Shown here in pieces: positions 1 to 10,229 of a stretch of 64,000 bases of DNA. Made by a program: the position numbers and the translations under genes. Numbering within the stretch: position 1 is the stretch's first letter; every line of letters starts with the position of its first letter. The notes under the pieces were generated by a model. That model made no database searches. It was not told the origin of the DNA and saw nothing but the letters and a program-made list of their open reading frames with translations. The stretch is taken from the NCBI GenBank assembly GCA_947495135.1, contig CANLXN010000009.1, positions 116,165 to 180,164 on the forward strand. The letters run 5' to 3'. This stretch comes from an uncultured Flavobacteriaceae bacterium (GTDB lineage: Bacteria; Bacteroidota; Bacteroidia; Flavobacteriales; Flavobacteriaceae).

Positions 1-598
1 ATTGCCATTGTTCTCCCGATGCCAATGGAGCTCCAATACCCATTTTAATGGGTTTAACAATCTGAGGCAAGGCCCCCTCTTCTCTGTCCAATACAATACC
101 GGTACGAATTTTAGTCACCTTTATACCTAGCTCAGAAAACCTGTCGGCTACCGCTTCCCATTTCTCTGTGACCTTTGCTAAAAAAGAATTCCCAACTACG
201 GTTTCATCCTCTGTGTATAAATGATCCTTGGAACTTGGGAAAATACTAATACCGCTTGCCGAAAGATAATGCTCTACTTGATGATCCATTTTTTCTAGCG
301 CATTTTTGATCACCATTGCACTATCTACCCTACTATCAACAATCAACTTCTTATATTTAGTAGTCCATCTTTTAGAGACTGACGCTCCGGCCAAATTAAT
401 AATGGCATCTACATCCTTGAACGCGTCAGTGTCGATTTCTTCGTTATCTGGATTCCAGTAAAAACCTTTGTAATTTGATTCTTGAACAATTTTCCCCCTT
501 CGCGTTGTTAAAAAATGTACTTCAATTTTCTTTTCATGACATTGACGCACAATTTCTTGCCCTATTAACCCTGTAGCACCTGCAATTAATACCTTCAT
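1..598 (-). CDS. TIGR01777-family NAD(P)-dependent epimerase/oxidoreductase (3' end runs off window)
   Basis: Translated by hand; not in ORF track. ATG at 598 gives MKVLIAGATGLIGQEIV (Rossmann GxxGxxG), then DAIINLAGASVSKRWT, SASGISIF and RTGIVL...GALPQIVKPIKMGIGAPLASGEQWQ, typical of this family. Confidence 0.85.
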   Translation of the reverse strand, partial: MKVLIAGATGLIGQEIVRQCHEKKIEVHFLTTRRGKIVQESNYKGFYWNPDNEEIDTDAFKDVDAIINLAGASVSKRWTTKYKKLIVDSRVDSAMVIKNALEKMDHQVEHYLSASGISIFPSSKDHLYTEDETVVGNSFLAKVTEKWEAVADRFSELGIKVTKIRTGIVLDREEGALPQIVKPIKMGIGAPLASGEQWQ

Positions 599-699
599 CT
601 AAACTACCTTTATTTGTTATAAAATTACCATTTAGAATAGGTAATTCCATACTCCTTAACTCAATATTAGTAATCGGTTCATCATCAAAAGAATAATTA

Positions 700-2322
700 T
701 TAAAAGACTTGCTCTCCATTAACGAAGGTGGCTATTACCTTTGTCTTAGGAATGTCGTTCTCTGGACAGGTCATGATATCTTTTTCTAGCACAGTAAAAT
801 CGGCAAATTTATTCGCCTCGATAGAGCCTTTTTCGTCTTCCTCAAAATTAGAATAGGCCGCCCAGATAGTCATTCCACGTAAGGTCTCTTCTCGGCTCAG
901 CCCTTCTTCTTTTCTATAACCGTTTTCAGGATAGTTCTTTAAATCCTTTCGAGCAACGGCAGCGTAAAATGTGTGCATCGGATTTACCTTTTCAACTGGA
1001 AAATCGGTTCCTAATGCTATAATCCCAGCTTTATCTAATAGGGTTTTATAGGCATATGCACCTTTTATTCGTTCTTCTCCAACTCTATCCTCGGCCCAAT
1101 ACATATCGCTAGTTGCATGGGTTGGTTGAACAGAAGGGATAATATTCATCGAAAAATCATCGAAGTTGGAAAGACTCACTACTTGAGCATGTTCTACTTT
1201 CCATCGCGCATCGTTTTTATCTTTTAGAGCGTTTTTATAAGCACGTAACACCGCTACATTGGCAGAATCCCCAATGGCATGTGTATTCATCTGATAGCCT
1301 GCTTCCGCAATACGCGAGGCAACGGCATCCAGCTCAGCAGGTGGAGTAATCATCGCTCCGAAATGATTTTCTTTATCGCTGTATTCAGACCTAAGCGCGG
1401 CACCCCTCGAGCCTAAGGCTCCATCTGCATATACTTTTACCGAACGAACATTTAATCGATCGGTTTTAATGATTCCTTTTGATAAAAAATAATCCAAATT
1501 GGACGGAGTATTACTTACCATGGCGTATACCTTTATCTTTAGCTCCCCAGTACTTTGCATTTCCTTAATGAGTTCTATCACCTCTGCGCTAAGGCCAGCA
1601 TCGTTAATGGTTGTTAAGCCTAATTCAAAGCATTTTTTTTCGGCATCTTTCAAGGCACTTGAGTTGTAGGCTTTTGTCGCCTTCGGAATAGTTGCCCTAA
1701 TAAGTTTCATCGGACTATCAATTACAATTCCGCTAGGTGCTCCATTTTCTAGAACCACTTCTCCACCTGGCACCTTCGTATCTGCAGTTATACCTGCCAT
1801 TTCGAGCGCCTTACTATTTGCCCAGTATGCATGACCATCTATTCGTGTTAATGCTACTGGAACATCTGGAAATAGTGAATCTAAAGACGCTTTATTGGGA
1901 AAGTCTTTTTTATTCCAATCGTTTTGATCCCAACCCCTCCCTAATATAAAGGTGCTGTTTTTTTCTTTCTGAAAGTTGGCCACTCGATCCACCACCTCTG
2001 CCTCACTGGTAGTACCCACCAAGTCTACCTGTTGCATGGTAACTCCTAAATTATATAAGTGAGCGTGCCCATCTATCAATCCCGGCACAATGGTATTGCC
2101 TTCTGCGTCAAAGGAGGTTGTTGGCTCGTATTTCTTTTTAAGTACTTCGGAAGTACCTACTTCTACGATCTTTCCGTTGCGTACAACAAAACTTTCGGCT
2201 GTATCGAAGCTTTCATTAACAGTATAAATCTGTGCATTATACACCAGAAGGTCGACTGGCGCCTTTTCCGAAGAACAAGAAAACAGAATAACTAGGAGGA
2301 AAATTGAAATAGAATACTTCAT
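700..2322 (-). CDS. Amidohydrolase family 3 (YtcJ-like) lipoprotein
   Basis: 540 aa; lipobox LFSC; metal motifs PGLIDGHAH, HAIGD, KVEHAQ, GTDFPVE; C-terminal KGSIEANKFADFTVL. Confidence 0.9.
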   Translation of the reverse strand: MKYSISIFLLVILFSCSSEKAPVDLLVYNAQIYTVNESFDTAESFVVRNGKIVEVGTSEVLKKKYEPTTSFDAEGNTIVPGLIDGHAHLYNLGVTMQQVDLVGTTSEAEVVDRVANFQKEKNSTFILGRGWDQNDWNKKDFPNKASLDSLFPDVPVALTRIDGHAYWANSKALEMAGITADTKVPGGEVVLENGAPSGIVIDSPMKLIRATIPKATKAYNSSALKDAEKKCFELGLTTINDAGLSAEVIELIKEMQSTGELKIKVYAMVSNTPSNLDYFLSKGIIKTDRLNVRSVKVYADGALGSRGAALRSEYSDKENHFGAMITPPAELDAVASRIAEAGYQMNTHAIGDSANVAVLRAYKNALKDKNDARWKVEHAQVVSLSNFDDFSMNIIPSVQPTHATSDMYWAEDRVGEERIKGAYAYKTLLDKAGIIALGTDFPVEKVNPMHTFYAAVARKDLKNYPENGYRKEEGLSREETLRGMTIWAAYSNFEEDEKGSIEANKFADFTVLEKDIMTCPENDIPKTKVIATFVNGEQVF

Positions 2323-2346
2323 GATAAGTTGGTTTTCAGTAAAAAT

Positions 2347-2380
2347 AAAAAAAGCATTCCACTTACGAAGAATGCTTTTT
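2347..2380. terminator. Intrinsic terminator hairpin
   Basis: AAAAGCATTC-loop-GAATGCTTTT with A/T tracts on both sides, downstream of the minus-strand barrel gene. Confidence 0.6.
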
Positions 2381-2585
2381 CCAATATTAAACTTTAAGTA
2401 TACTTTTCAATTCATAGCTAAACTAAAAATAAAACACGCACTACCATGTTATATCATTAGGATACATTCTAAATTAAATCGTTGCGTTAAAGAGGGATGT
2501 TTTTTTTTGAGGATTTTAAATTCAGGATTTATGCTGTCCAATTCATAGATCATTTACAGAAAACGGTGTCTAAAGCTAGCACTCT

Positions 2586-4367
2586 CTACCAATCGAATTT
2601 ATAGGTTGCCCCAGCCAATCCTTGAATTCCTTGAACGGGCGTATTCAACCATTTTTCGTAATTATCACTCAACAAATTACTTCCTTTCAGAAATATAGAA
2701 AGACGTTCGTTAACCCTGTAACCCAAATGCAGATTGGCATCTACATAACCATCTAAAGTAACTACCTCATCAAAAGTGGTAGAAGGGATTCCGTTTTGTG
2801 CCACTGTAAAGAAATCTTTTCGTTCGCCTACGTAAAACAAGGACGCTCCACCATAGATCTTCTCGGTAATTTTAAAATTGGAAAATACAGAAGCAGTTAG
2901 TTCAGGGAGGTTCCAAGCTTCTTGTTGGTCTTCTAAGCCATAGCTAAAGAAATTTACAGTAGCCCCTAAACTAAAAGTGTTCGAAATCTCCACTTTTAGT
3001 TCTCCAAAAGCGTTGAAGGTAGTCACATCGTCGTAAATAACCCCAAAAGAGTTACCGTATTCATAGCCTTCTAAATCTGGCACCCTTCCTTTATAGGTAT
3101 TGATTTGGTATAGAGCTCGATCGTTTTCGTTCCCAAACGATGCGCGCATATTATAGCCTACCGAGTTGGACAATTTTCCTTTCAAACCAGCAAAGGCTCT
3201 ATACAACTCGCTCGTAGGGGTTATAGAAAGAGTTGGCGAAACGAATGGGTTTTCGTTTTTGAAATTATAATAGGTGTTTTGATTTAGTCCTCCTTCGGCA
3301 CCTCCATAAGCAATTAGAAGTTCGTCTACCAAACGGTAAGATGCTAGAATATCCGGATAAATAAACAAATCCAATTCGCTTTCTTGTGTGTTTACCCCCA
3401 TTACAATAGACGCCCCTAGCGACAATGTAAGGTCGTCGTTAACGTATACAAGTGATGGTGTGAGACCGGCATTTAGGAACCCATAGTCAATTCCTTCTGT
3501 ATTGAAATAATTTCTGTCAAATTTCCCAGTGAGATAATCAAGTTCACCTTTCAGTTTAAAGTTCATTTCGGATATTTCAAAAAGAAACTCGGGACTTGCC
3601 GTAAAGTTAATTTCAGAGGAAGAAAAACCATCCGTTAAAAATCTCAAATCCGCTTGAGCTCCTGTAAAAAATGATTCGTCCAATTCTATATTTCCACCAA
3701 TATTTACACTAAAATAGGTTTGCTTAGGGTCTATTGCTTCCAATTCTTCCGATGTAAACGTTCGAGCTAGGTCGTTTAATCCGTACCAATTAAAAACTTG
3801 ATGTTCGATACCTGCATTCAGTCCAAACGACATATCCCTGTTTCTACTATAGTAATTACCCTCTAATTGGGTGTCGTAAAATTTGTTATCCAATAAGACA
3901 TCTTTGATATCTCCTTGAGACGAATTATGCTTGAAAAATATACCCGCATTATCGGTTCTACTTATCTCAAAGTTGCTGTAAAGCTCCCCCAAAATAGTGG
4001 TGTAATTTCCAAAGCCAAGCGTAGCGTAACTATCGTATAATTTAATTGGTTTTGCTTTCTCAACAGTAGCTGCTTTTCCTTTGGCTGGGGTAAACGTAGA
4101 AGCCACTGGAACGGAAAAAATGCTGTAATCTACTTTTTTCTTTGTGGTACTTACGGAATCATTCAACACAGGTGTTTCCTTTACTTTGAAAGCATCGCTA
4201 ATTGTAGGCGTATAGGGTTTGACAATATTTACAACCTCGGTGCCCAGATCGTCATCTTCTTGGGCGTAACTAAAGGTAGTTATGAAAAACAGTAACGGCA
4301 AGAGCTTAAGTACTCTCCCGGCAAGCATAAAATTAGTCATGCCTAGTTTTGATATAATCGACTTCAT
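2586..4367 (-). CDS. Outer-membrane beta-barrel protein (usually annotated TonB-dependent receptor-like) co-transcribed with the TPR gene
   Basis: Signal peptide ending SYA|Q; amphipathic strands; C-terminal GATYKFDW aromatic barrel signature. Start moved to MKSIIS (4367), which removes the overlap with the upstream gene. Confidence 0.75.
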   Translation of the reverse strand: MKSIISKLGMTNFMLAGRVLKLLPLLFFITTFSYAQEDDDLGTEVVNIVKPYTPTISDAFKVKETPVLNDSVSTTKKKVDYSIFSVPVASTFTPAKGKAATVEKAKPIKLYDSYATLGFGNYTTILGELYSNFEISRTDNAGIFFKHNSSQGDIKDVLLDNKFYDTQLEGNYYSRNRDMSFGLNAGIEHQVFNWYGLNDLARTFTSEELEAIDPKQTYFSVNIGGNIELDESFFTGAQADLRFLTDGFSSSEINFTASPEFLFEISEMNFKLKGELDYLTGKFDRNYFNTEGIDYGFLNAGLTPSLVYVNDDLTLSLGASIVMGVNTQESELDLFIYPDILASYRLVDELLIAYGGAEGGLNQNTYYNFKNENPFVSPTLSITPTSELYRAFAGLKGKLSNSVGYNMRASFGNENDRALYQINTYKGRVPDLEGYEYGNSFGVIYDDVTTFNAFGELKVEISNTFSLGATVNFFSYGLEDQQEAWNLPELTASVFSNFKITEKIYGGASLFYVGERKDFFTVAQNGIPSTTFDEVVTLDGYVDANLHLGYRVNERLSIFLKGSNLLSDNYEKWLNTPVQGIQGLAGATYKFDW

Positions 4368-4410
4368 GTTATGAGACATACACGTAGGTTTTATTTCGAA
4401 ATTGATGTTG

Positions 4411-7400
4411 TTAGTTCCCATCTGTTTCCACAGAAGAGTTTGTTTTAGATTCGGCTGCTTTTATTTTAGCGAGTTCCGCTTTTGCTTCTTCAACCACATC
4501 TGGATAGTCTACAAAATTAGAGATCACACTTTCAAGTATGTAGGTAGCCTGATAGGCATCTTCCAAGGCGTAAAAGTTCTTGGCCATGAGCACAAGTCCT
4601 TTGGCGCCATAATATTTATATCCGCTATAATCCTTCGCCAGTTTTTGAACTGAAGCATTAGAACCTGCAAAGTCTGCCTCCTTATTCTTAAAGTAAGCCT
4701 CGTAGTAAAGTGCTTCGGCTGCCAGTTTCCCAGTTGCAATTTTTGATACTTCCGCATAGGCAACTTTTGCTTTTGTTTCATCATCAGTTTCTATGGCAGA
4801 GCGTGCAATGATAATTTGAGCATCACTTTTAATCGTATTGTCTATTTTGGAATTTTGTAGCACCTTTTCGGCATAAATAACAGCATCTGCATACTGTTTT
4901 AATTCGTAGCTCGCCTTCATACTATTGGTCTGAGCAAAAATGACGTTTTGGGGAAAATCGGCTTCACTTTCGAGACGCTTTAAATAGGTAAGTGCATTTT
5001 GATATTCCTTTTGAGCAAGGTATAATTCAGATATTCTCGCCAAGGCTTGTTCTGTGAATTCACTTCTATCCTTGTCTACTACAAATTTGTAATGCGGAAT
5101 GGCCCTTTCTGAACTCTCTTCACCAAAGTAAAGTTGCGCCAAATAAAAGTGTGCTTTTAGCGCGTGAATTCCGTTAGGAAAATCGTTGAGGTAGGATTCA
5201 AATCTTGTGATCGCTTGTGCCGTTTTATTTTCCAAATAAGGTTGTTCCGCAGCTTGATAGCTGGCATCGTCCAATTCAGAATTCTCCACTTCTACAAAAT
5301 CGAGCGTGGCCACCCAATCTGCGTATTCGCCTACTCTTCCTTCATCTATATAAATAAGCTTTGCAGAAGACACGGCCTGCAATGCCTCTGGAGTAGAAGG
5401 ATATTTGTTTGCTACTTTCTTAAAAATTGATAAGGCTTCATTGCTTTTGCCTGAATTATCCAAAATAAGTGCCTTCTTGAGCAAGGCCTTTGAGACATAA
5501 CTACTTCCTGGGAGCTCCTGTTCTAGTTGATCGTAGGAAGCAATGGCGCTAGCCGTTTTATTCATGGACAAATAGGTATTTCCCAATTCGTAAAGGGCGT
5601 CGTCCCTGTAAATTGATTTTGGAAACTTGCTACTAAAGTCTTTCAGCTCCTCGAGTTTTGTATTGGCTCGATCTACAAATCCGTAACTAATTGCCTTCTG
5701 AAAGGATGCATAATCGCGGTCTGGTGAATTTCCTTCAATTGCATTATTGTAATTCTCCATAGCTGGCCAGTACTTGCTAGTCACAAAATAACTATCTCCT
5801 AAACGCAGATAGGTATCGTTTTTACGGGTGGGGTCTAAAGAAACATCGGACAAAAATTGATTAAAATTAGAAATGGCTTCTTCGTAATTTTTAAGTTTGA
5901 AGTAATTGTAAGCCAAGTTATAACGCACGTTTTCATTTTCTGGAGTTTGATTCGACTTAGGGAGCTGTAAAAACTGTTTGTACCCTACTAATGAGGATTC
6001 AAAATTAGAATCTTGATAATCGCTTTCAGCTTTCCAATAGGTGGCCCGTGCAGTAAACACAGGATCAAAAGGTTCTTTTAATGATTTATTGAACATTACT
6101 ACTGCCGCTGCATAATTACCTTCAGCATACTCTTCAACTCCTCTATAGAAGGTTACTTTTTGATATGCTTTTTTATTTTCGAAGGATTTGTTGTTCTCTA
6201 ACAAATCGATGGCGTCCTTATAATTTTTTGAAGTGATGTACGAATCGATCAACAAATCTTTAAGCGCTTCGTTGTTTCCATTATTTGGGTACATTTCTAA
6301 AAAGGATAAAATTACCTTGGGAACACTCTCATAACTATTACCAATCTCATAACTTAACTTTGCGTAATTGAGCCAAGCATCTTCTCTAATTTCTGCCGAG
6401 AAGTCCATTTCAGAAGCATTTTTAAAGGCATTGAGCGCCTGCTGCTTTTGATCCAACTTTAGGTAGCTCTCGGCCAAATGATAATAGGCATTTTGAGCTA
6501 CGGCATTTCGACCATCTACAATCTTATTGAATTCGTTGATGGCTTCTTGATATTGACCTTGCTTATAATAAGCGTAGCCTAATTGATAGTAATCTGTGTT
6601 ATTCCATTTACCGCGTTTTCCTTTGTACTCCTTTAAATAAGGGATGGCCTCCGCATATTTCTTCATATTGAAATAACTCTCTCCAATAATCTTAGAAAGT
6701 TCACTTTTTTCTTGAGGTTTACTGTTTTCATATTGCTCTTTACCAAGTTCAATTGCTTTTTCAAATTTCCCTAGTTTGAAATTCATATCGGCTTGGTAAT
6801 AGCTCAATCCTTCGGCATAGCGATCTTCTCCTTTAACCTCTTCGAAAAGTTCATTTGCTTCTTCATAATTATCGCCTTCGTATTCGATGAATCCCAAATA
6901 ATATTTCGCTTGCGAACCATATTTTTCAGAATCACTTACCCTGTTTAAGTATTTTTTGGCCTCATTAAAACGCTTGCTCTTAAAATAAGCATATCCATTA
7001 TTGAAATTATATTCCTCCATCTGTCCACGACTCAAGCTTCCTTCGTCTACTTTATCGTACCATTTGCGAGCGTAACTATACTTTCCGTTCTCAAAATAAT
7101 AGCTCGCCACATTAATAAAAGCGTCGTTTCTTTTAATACTTGTTGGATATTCCTCTACAAAAGATTCCATTAACCCGTCGGCGTTTTGCTGATTTAAGCG
7201 AACCGCACAGTTAGCGATATAGTAGGCACAATCTCCTTGAATGGTATTATCATTAGAGCTACCTTTCACTTTGGCAAACATAGATTGTGCTGCGAGGAAT
7301 TGATCGTTATTATACAATTCAATAGCCTTATTGTAATCCAATAGTTCATTGGTATAGGCTGCTGTTTGTTGGGCGGATACTTTTCCGAAGAAAAAAAAGA

Positions 7401-7455
7401 AAACGGATAAAAAGACGAGATTTTTATACATCATAGAACTGTTTAGGGCATTCAA
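4411..7455 (-). CDS. Large periplasmic tetratricopeptide-repeat protein
   Basis: 1014 aa; signal peptide ending VSA|Q; many TPR units (AYYHLAESY, ALYELGNTY, YFYLAQLYF). Confidence 0.9.
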   Translation of the reverse strand: MNALNSSMMYKNLVFLSVFFFFFGKVSAQQTAAYTNELLDYNKAIELYNNDQFLAAQSMFAKVKGSSNDNTIQGDCAYYIANCAVRLNQQNADGLMESFVEEYPTSIKRNDAFINVASYYFENGKYSYARKWYDKVDEGSLSRGQMEEYNFNNGYAYFKSKRFNEAKKYLNRVSDSEKYGSQAKYYLGFIEYEGDNYEEANELFEEVKGEDRYAEGLSYYQADMNFKLGKFEKAIELGKEQYENSKPQEKSELSKIIGESYFNMKKYAEAIPYLKEYKGKRGKWNNTDYYQLGYAYYKQGQYQEAINEFNKIVDGRNAVAQNAYYHLAESYLKLDQKQQALNAFKNASEMDFSAEIREDAWLNYAKLSYEIGNSYESVPKVILSFLEMYPNNGNNEALKDLLIDSYITSKNYKDAIDLLENNKSFENKKAYQKVTFYRGVEEYAEGNYAAAVVMFNKSLKEPFDPVFTARATYWKAESDYQDSNFESSLVGYKQFLQLPKSNQTPENENVRYNLAYNYFKLKNYEEAISNFNQFLSDVSLDPTRKNDTYLRLGDSYFVTSKYWPAMENYNNAIEGNSPDRDYASFQKAISYGFVDRANTKLEELKDFSSKFPKSIYRDDALYELGNTYLSMNKTASAIASYDQLEQELPGSSYVSKALLKKALILDNSGKSNEALSIFKKVANKYPSTPEALQAVSSAKLIYIDEGRVGEYADWVATLDFVEVENSELDDASYQAAEQPYLENKTAQAITRFESYLNDFPNGIHALKAHFYLAQLYFGEESSERAIPHYKFVVDKDRSEFTEQALARISELYLAQKEYQNALTYLKRLESEADFPQNVIFAQTNSMKASYELKQYADAVIYAEKVLQNSKIDNTIKSDAQIIIARSAIETDDETKAKVAYAEVSKIATGKLAAEALYYEAYFKNKEADFAGSNASVQKLAKDYSGYKYYGAKGLVLMAKNFYALEDAYQATYILESVISNFVDYPDVVEEAKAELAKIKAAESKTNSSVETDGN

Positions 7456-7584
7456 TAATTGGAACCACTATTTGCTTTATAACGGGATAATTATACAATC
7501 CGTATGTTTTTAATGGCTTTAAAATAGTTGGTAGGGAAAATTACTGTAATTTTAAAGCACTATTCATTTGTAGTTTTAATTATT

Positions 7585-8055
7585 ATGAAGAAATTATTGT
7601 TAATAGCGATCGCCCTAGTTTCAGCGAGTTGTGTATCTCAAGGAGGAATTAACTCTGGTCTTGTTTCAGAAAAGAACGGAAAAATAGGAATTGGAACGTC
7701 GAATCCGGACGAATTACTCACCGTAAAGGGAAAAATTCACACCCAAGAAGTGTTGGTAGATTTAAATGGTGCTGTAGCCCCAGATTATGTTTTCAATACT
7801 TATTACGACGGAAATTCTTTAGAAAAACCCGAATATACATTCAAATCGTTGAGCGAAATAGCTTCGTTTGTCGAAGAAAATAGGCATCTTCCTGCGGTTC
7901 CCTCCGCAAAGGAAATAGAAGAGAAAGGTCTTAGTCTTAAAGAAATGAACCTTCTGCTCTTGGAAAAGATAGAAGAATTAACCCTTCATACCTTGGAGCA
8001 GCAGAAACACATTGAAGTGCTTCAGAAAAAGGTAGAGGCTTTAGAAAATAAATAA
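7585..8055 (+). CDS. Small secreted protein/lipoprotein consisting of the Bacteroidetes GIGT...PDYVF...HLP...LLEKIEELTL coiled-coil module (tail-fibre/S74-chaperone-like)
   Basis: Start MKKLLLIAIALVSASC at 7585; motifs GKIGIGTSNP, PDYVF, NRHLPAVPSA, EMNLLLLEKIEELTLH. Confidence 0.7.
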   Translation: MKKLLLIAIALVSASCVSQGGINSGLVSEKNGKIGIGTSNPDELLTVKGKIHTQEVLVDLNGAVAPDYVFNTYYDGNSLEKPEYTFKSLSEIASFVEENRHLPAVPSAKEIEEKGLSLKEMNLLLLEKIEELTLHTLEQQKHIEVLQKKVEALENK

Positions 8056-8133
8056 AGAAGTTAAGAGTTTTCAGTTGGAGTTGGTCGTATTTCAATTTAC
8101 TTTTGAAATCTCTTAATCATAAAATTATCCACC

Positions 8134-8817
8134 ATGTCTGAAAGTATTCTGGAATTAAAGAACGCTTCCATTTTTCAACGCGAAAACCTTATTCTGAACG
8201 ATGTTTCAGTAAAAATTAATAAGGGTGAATTTGTGTATCTTATTGGTAAGACTGGAAGTGGGAAGAGTAGTTTTATGAAAACACTTTATGGAGATCTTCC
8301 TTTGCAAAAGGGAGAAGGACATATTGTAGGCTTCGATTTACCCACTTTGCAAGAAAAAGACATCCCATTTTTAAGAAGAAAACTGGGTGTGGTCTTCCAA
8401 GATTTTAAATTATTAAACGACCGTACCGTAAAAGCCAATCTTTATTTTGTTCTTACCGCAACTGGGTGGAAAGACAAAGTAGCCATGGACGAAAAAATTG
8501 ATGAAGTTTTGGACAAGGTAGATATGAAAACCAAGAGCTTTAAATATCCTTATCAATTATCGGGTGGAGAACAGCAGCGTGTTGCTATTGCCAGGGCTTT
8601 GTTAAACGACCCAGAATTGATCATTGCAGACGAGCCTACCGGAAATTTAGATCCTCAAACCAGTGTAGAAGTAATGCAAGTATTGCAGGAAATTAATAAA
8701 AATGGCAACACTATTTTAATGGCTACTCACGACTACGCCCTACTTCTTAAATATCCTTCCAAGACGTTAAAATGTGATGACAATCAGGTTTTCGAAGTAG
8801 TTCAGAAAACAGTTTGA
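8134..8817 (+). CDS. ftsE: Cell-division ABC ATPase FtsE
   Basis: Walker [18 protein letters not shown] signature, [14 protein letters not shown]; 227 aa; TACTTTTG promoter-like 8-mer just upstream. Confidence 0.88.
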   Translation: MSESILELKNASIFQRENLILNDVSVKINKGEFVYLIGKTGSGKSSFMKTLYGDLPLQKGEGHIVGFDLPTLQEKDIPFLRRKLGVVFQDFKLLNDRTVKANLYFVLTATGWKDKVAMDEKIDEVLDKVDMKTKSFKYPYQLSGGEQQRVAIARALLNDPELIIADEPTGNLDPQTSVEVMQVLQEINKNGNTILMATHDYALLLKYPSKTLKCDDNQVFEVVQKTV

Positions 8818-8903
8818 TAGTTGAAATTATTTTTTTTAAGAACCAGGAGACCTCGGCTTTGTTTAAGTCGCTCTCCAATTATCCTCCATCTCAAAACTCA
8901 ATC

Positions 8904-9575
8904 TCAAATCTCCTTAACCGCTCTTAGCATCTCTCTTTTCCCAGGAGGTCCTGGTAAACGCTCCACCAAAAAGCCCACAGCCTGCATTGCTCTTCTCACA
9001 CTTCCTTTGGCAGCATAGGTTACCAACACACCTTCTTCTTTTAAAGATTTGTACATGATCTCAAAAATATCTTCAGTCCATAGGTCGGGTTGAACTCGAG
9101 CTCCAAATGCATCGAAGTAGATAAGGTCGTAGCAATTAACTTCCTCAATATCTGCAAAGAATTGTTTTCGTTTTGTTAAACTGAAATATTCGTTGATTGT
9201 AGTAGTTTCTTCCCAAGGCACCTCGTGAAGCTGGTCGAACAAGGCTTGCGGAGCCTTCACCAGCGTTGGATAATTGAGTTCCTTTACTTCGGAAATATCT
9301 ACTGGATATGCTTCTACGCCAGTATAGGAAACACTGCGTTTGGTTTTTTCAGCCTGAACTGCGGTTAAAAAAGCATTAAGACCGGTCCCGAATCCTATTT
9401 CTAAGATAGAAACTTCCTTTCTTTGAAAATTTCCGAAGAAATACTCGAAACCGGTCTCAATAAAAACATGCAACGCTTCATTGATCGCTCCATGCTTTGA
9501 GTGGTACTGCTCGTTCCAATCGGGTAAATGAATGGTAATAGAACCATCGCCTGTTCGAAGGAACTCGCGTTTCAT
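8904..9575 (-). CDS. mnmD: tRNA mnm5s2U methyltransferase (MnmC N-terminal domain, MnmD)
   Basis: EQYHSKHGA, LEIGFGTGLN, IYFDAFG, PGPPGKREM motifs. Confidence 0.88.
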   Translation of the reverse strand: MKREFLRTGDGSITIHLPDWNEQYHSKHGAINEALHVFIETGFEYFFGNFQRKEVSILEIGFGTGLNAFLTAVQAEKTKRSVSYTGVEAYPVDISEVKELNYPTLVKAPQALFDQLHEVPWEETTTINEYFSLTKRKQFFADIEEVNCYDLIYFDAFGARVQPDLWTEDIFEIMYKSLKEEGVLVTYAAKGSVRRAMQAVGFLVERLPGPPGKREMLRAVKEI

Positions 9576-9576
9576 A

Positions 9577-10116
9577 TTAATTTGTTTCTGGAGCAGGAAT
9601 TAGAACACCCGATGAAGTAAACGAATACGAAACCTCTGGCTCCGTGATTGCGTCAATCTCTTCCTTTGTTTTACCTCCATCTTCAGCAAAGTGCTTCAAC
9701 TCTTCTACACTGGTAGTTGCGATAAAAGCCTTTCCTTCTACAATTACTTCCTGCCCTGCAATGTCCATTGGCATAAAGAAACCGTAGTCCTTAAATTTTA
9801 CGAAAGACTCCATCTCTCCCATGTCCAAACGCATCCAGCAGCCTTTATTTTGGCATACTTTCTTAACAGTCGCCTTAAATTTGGTAGTAACTGTATCGCC
9901 TTCCTTCATGCTTTTATAAGCCTCTAGCATTTCATCTTTGGACAAAACGCCCTTGTCGTCGATCTGTTCTCCAAACGATTGGTATGCGAGTTTAGAATTA
10001 GTAGTTTCTTCCACTGTTTCTACAACAGCCTCTGCTGTAGAATTTGTCTTATCTTTCGTTTCATTGCAGCTCCATAGAACGGCACCGATTGCTAATATTG
10101 CTATTGTTTTTTTCAT
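9577..10116 (-). CDS. DUF4920-family lipoprotein
   Basis: Start MKKTIAILAIGAVLWSC (lipobox) at 10116; KVCQNKGCWM and VKFKDYGFFMP motifs. Confidence 0.8.
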   Translation of the reverse strand: MKKTIAILAIGAVLWSCNETKDKTNSTAEAVVETVEETTNSKLAYQSFGEQIDDKGVLSKDEMLEAYKSMKEGDTVTTKFKATVKKVCQNKGCWMRLDMGEMESFVKFKDYGFFMPMDIAGQEVIVEGKAFIATTSVEELKHFAEDGGKTKEEIDAITEPEVSYSFTSSGVLIPAPETN

Positions 10117-10229
10117 CTTTTTCTGAAATTGATATGAATTTAGAATATACTGCAATTTTATGAAATTTTTGCGTTTTTTATGGGGGAAATTTTGCCTAAT
10201 TTTGGCGTATCTAAAAAAGAACCAATCCC

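Noticed and set aside
534-719. 61-aa minus-strand ORF
   Set aside because: It overlaps the real TIGR01777 start at 598 in another frame and the amidohydrolase stop; no recognisable features.
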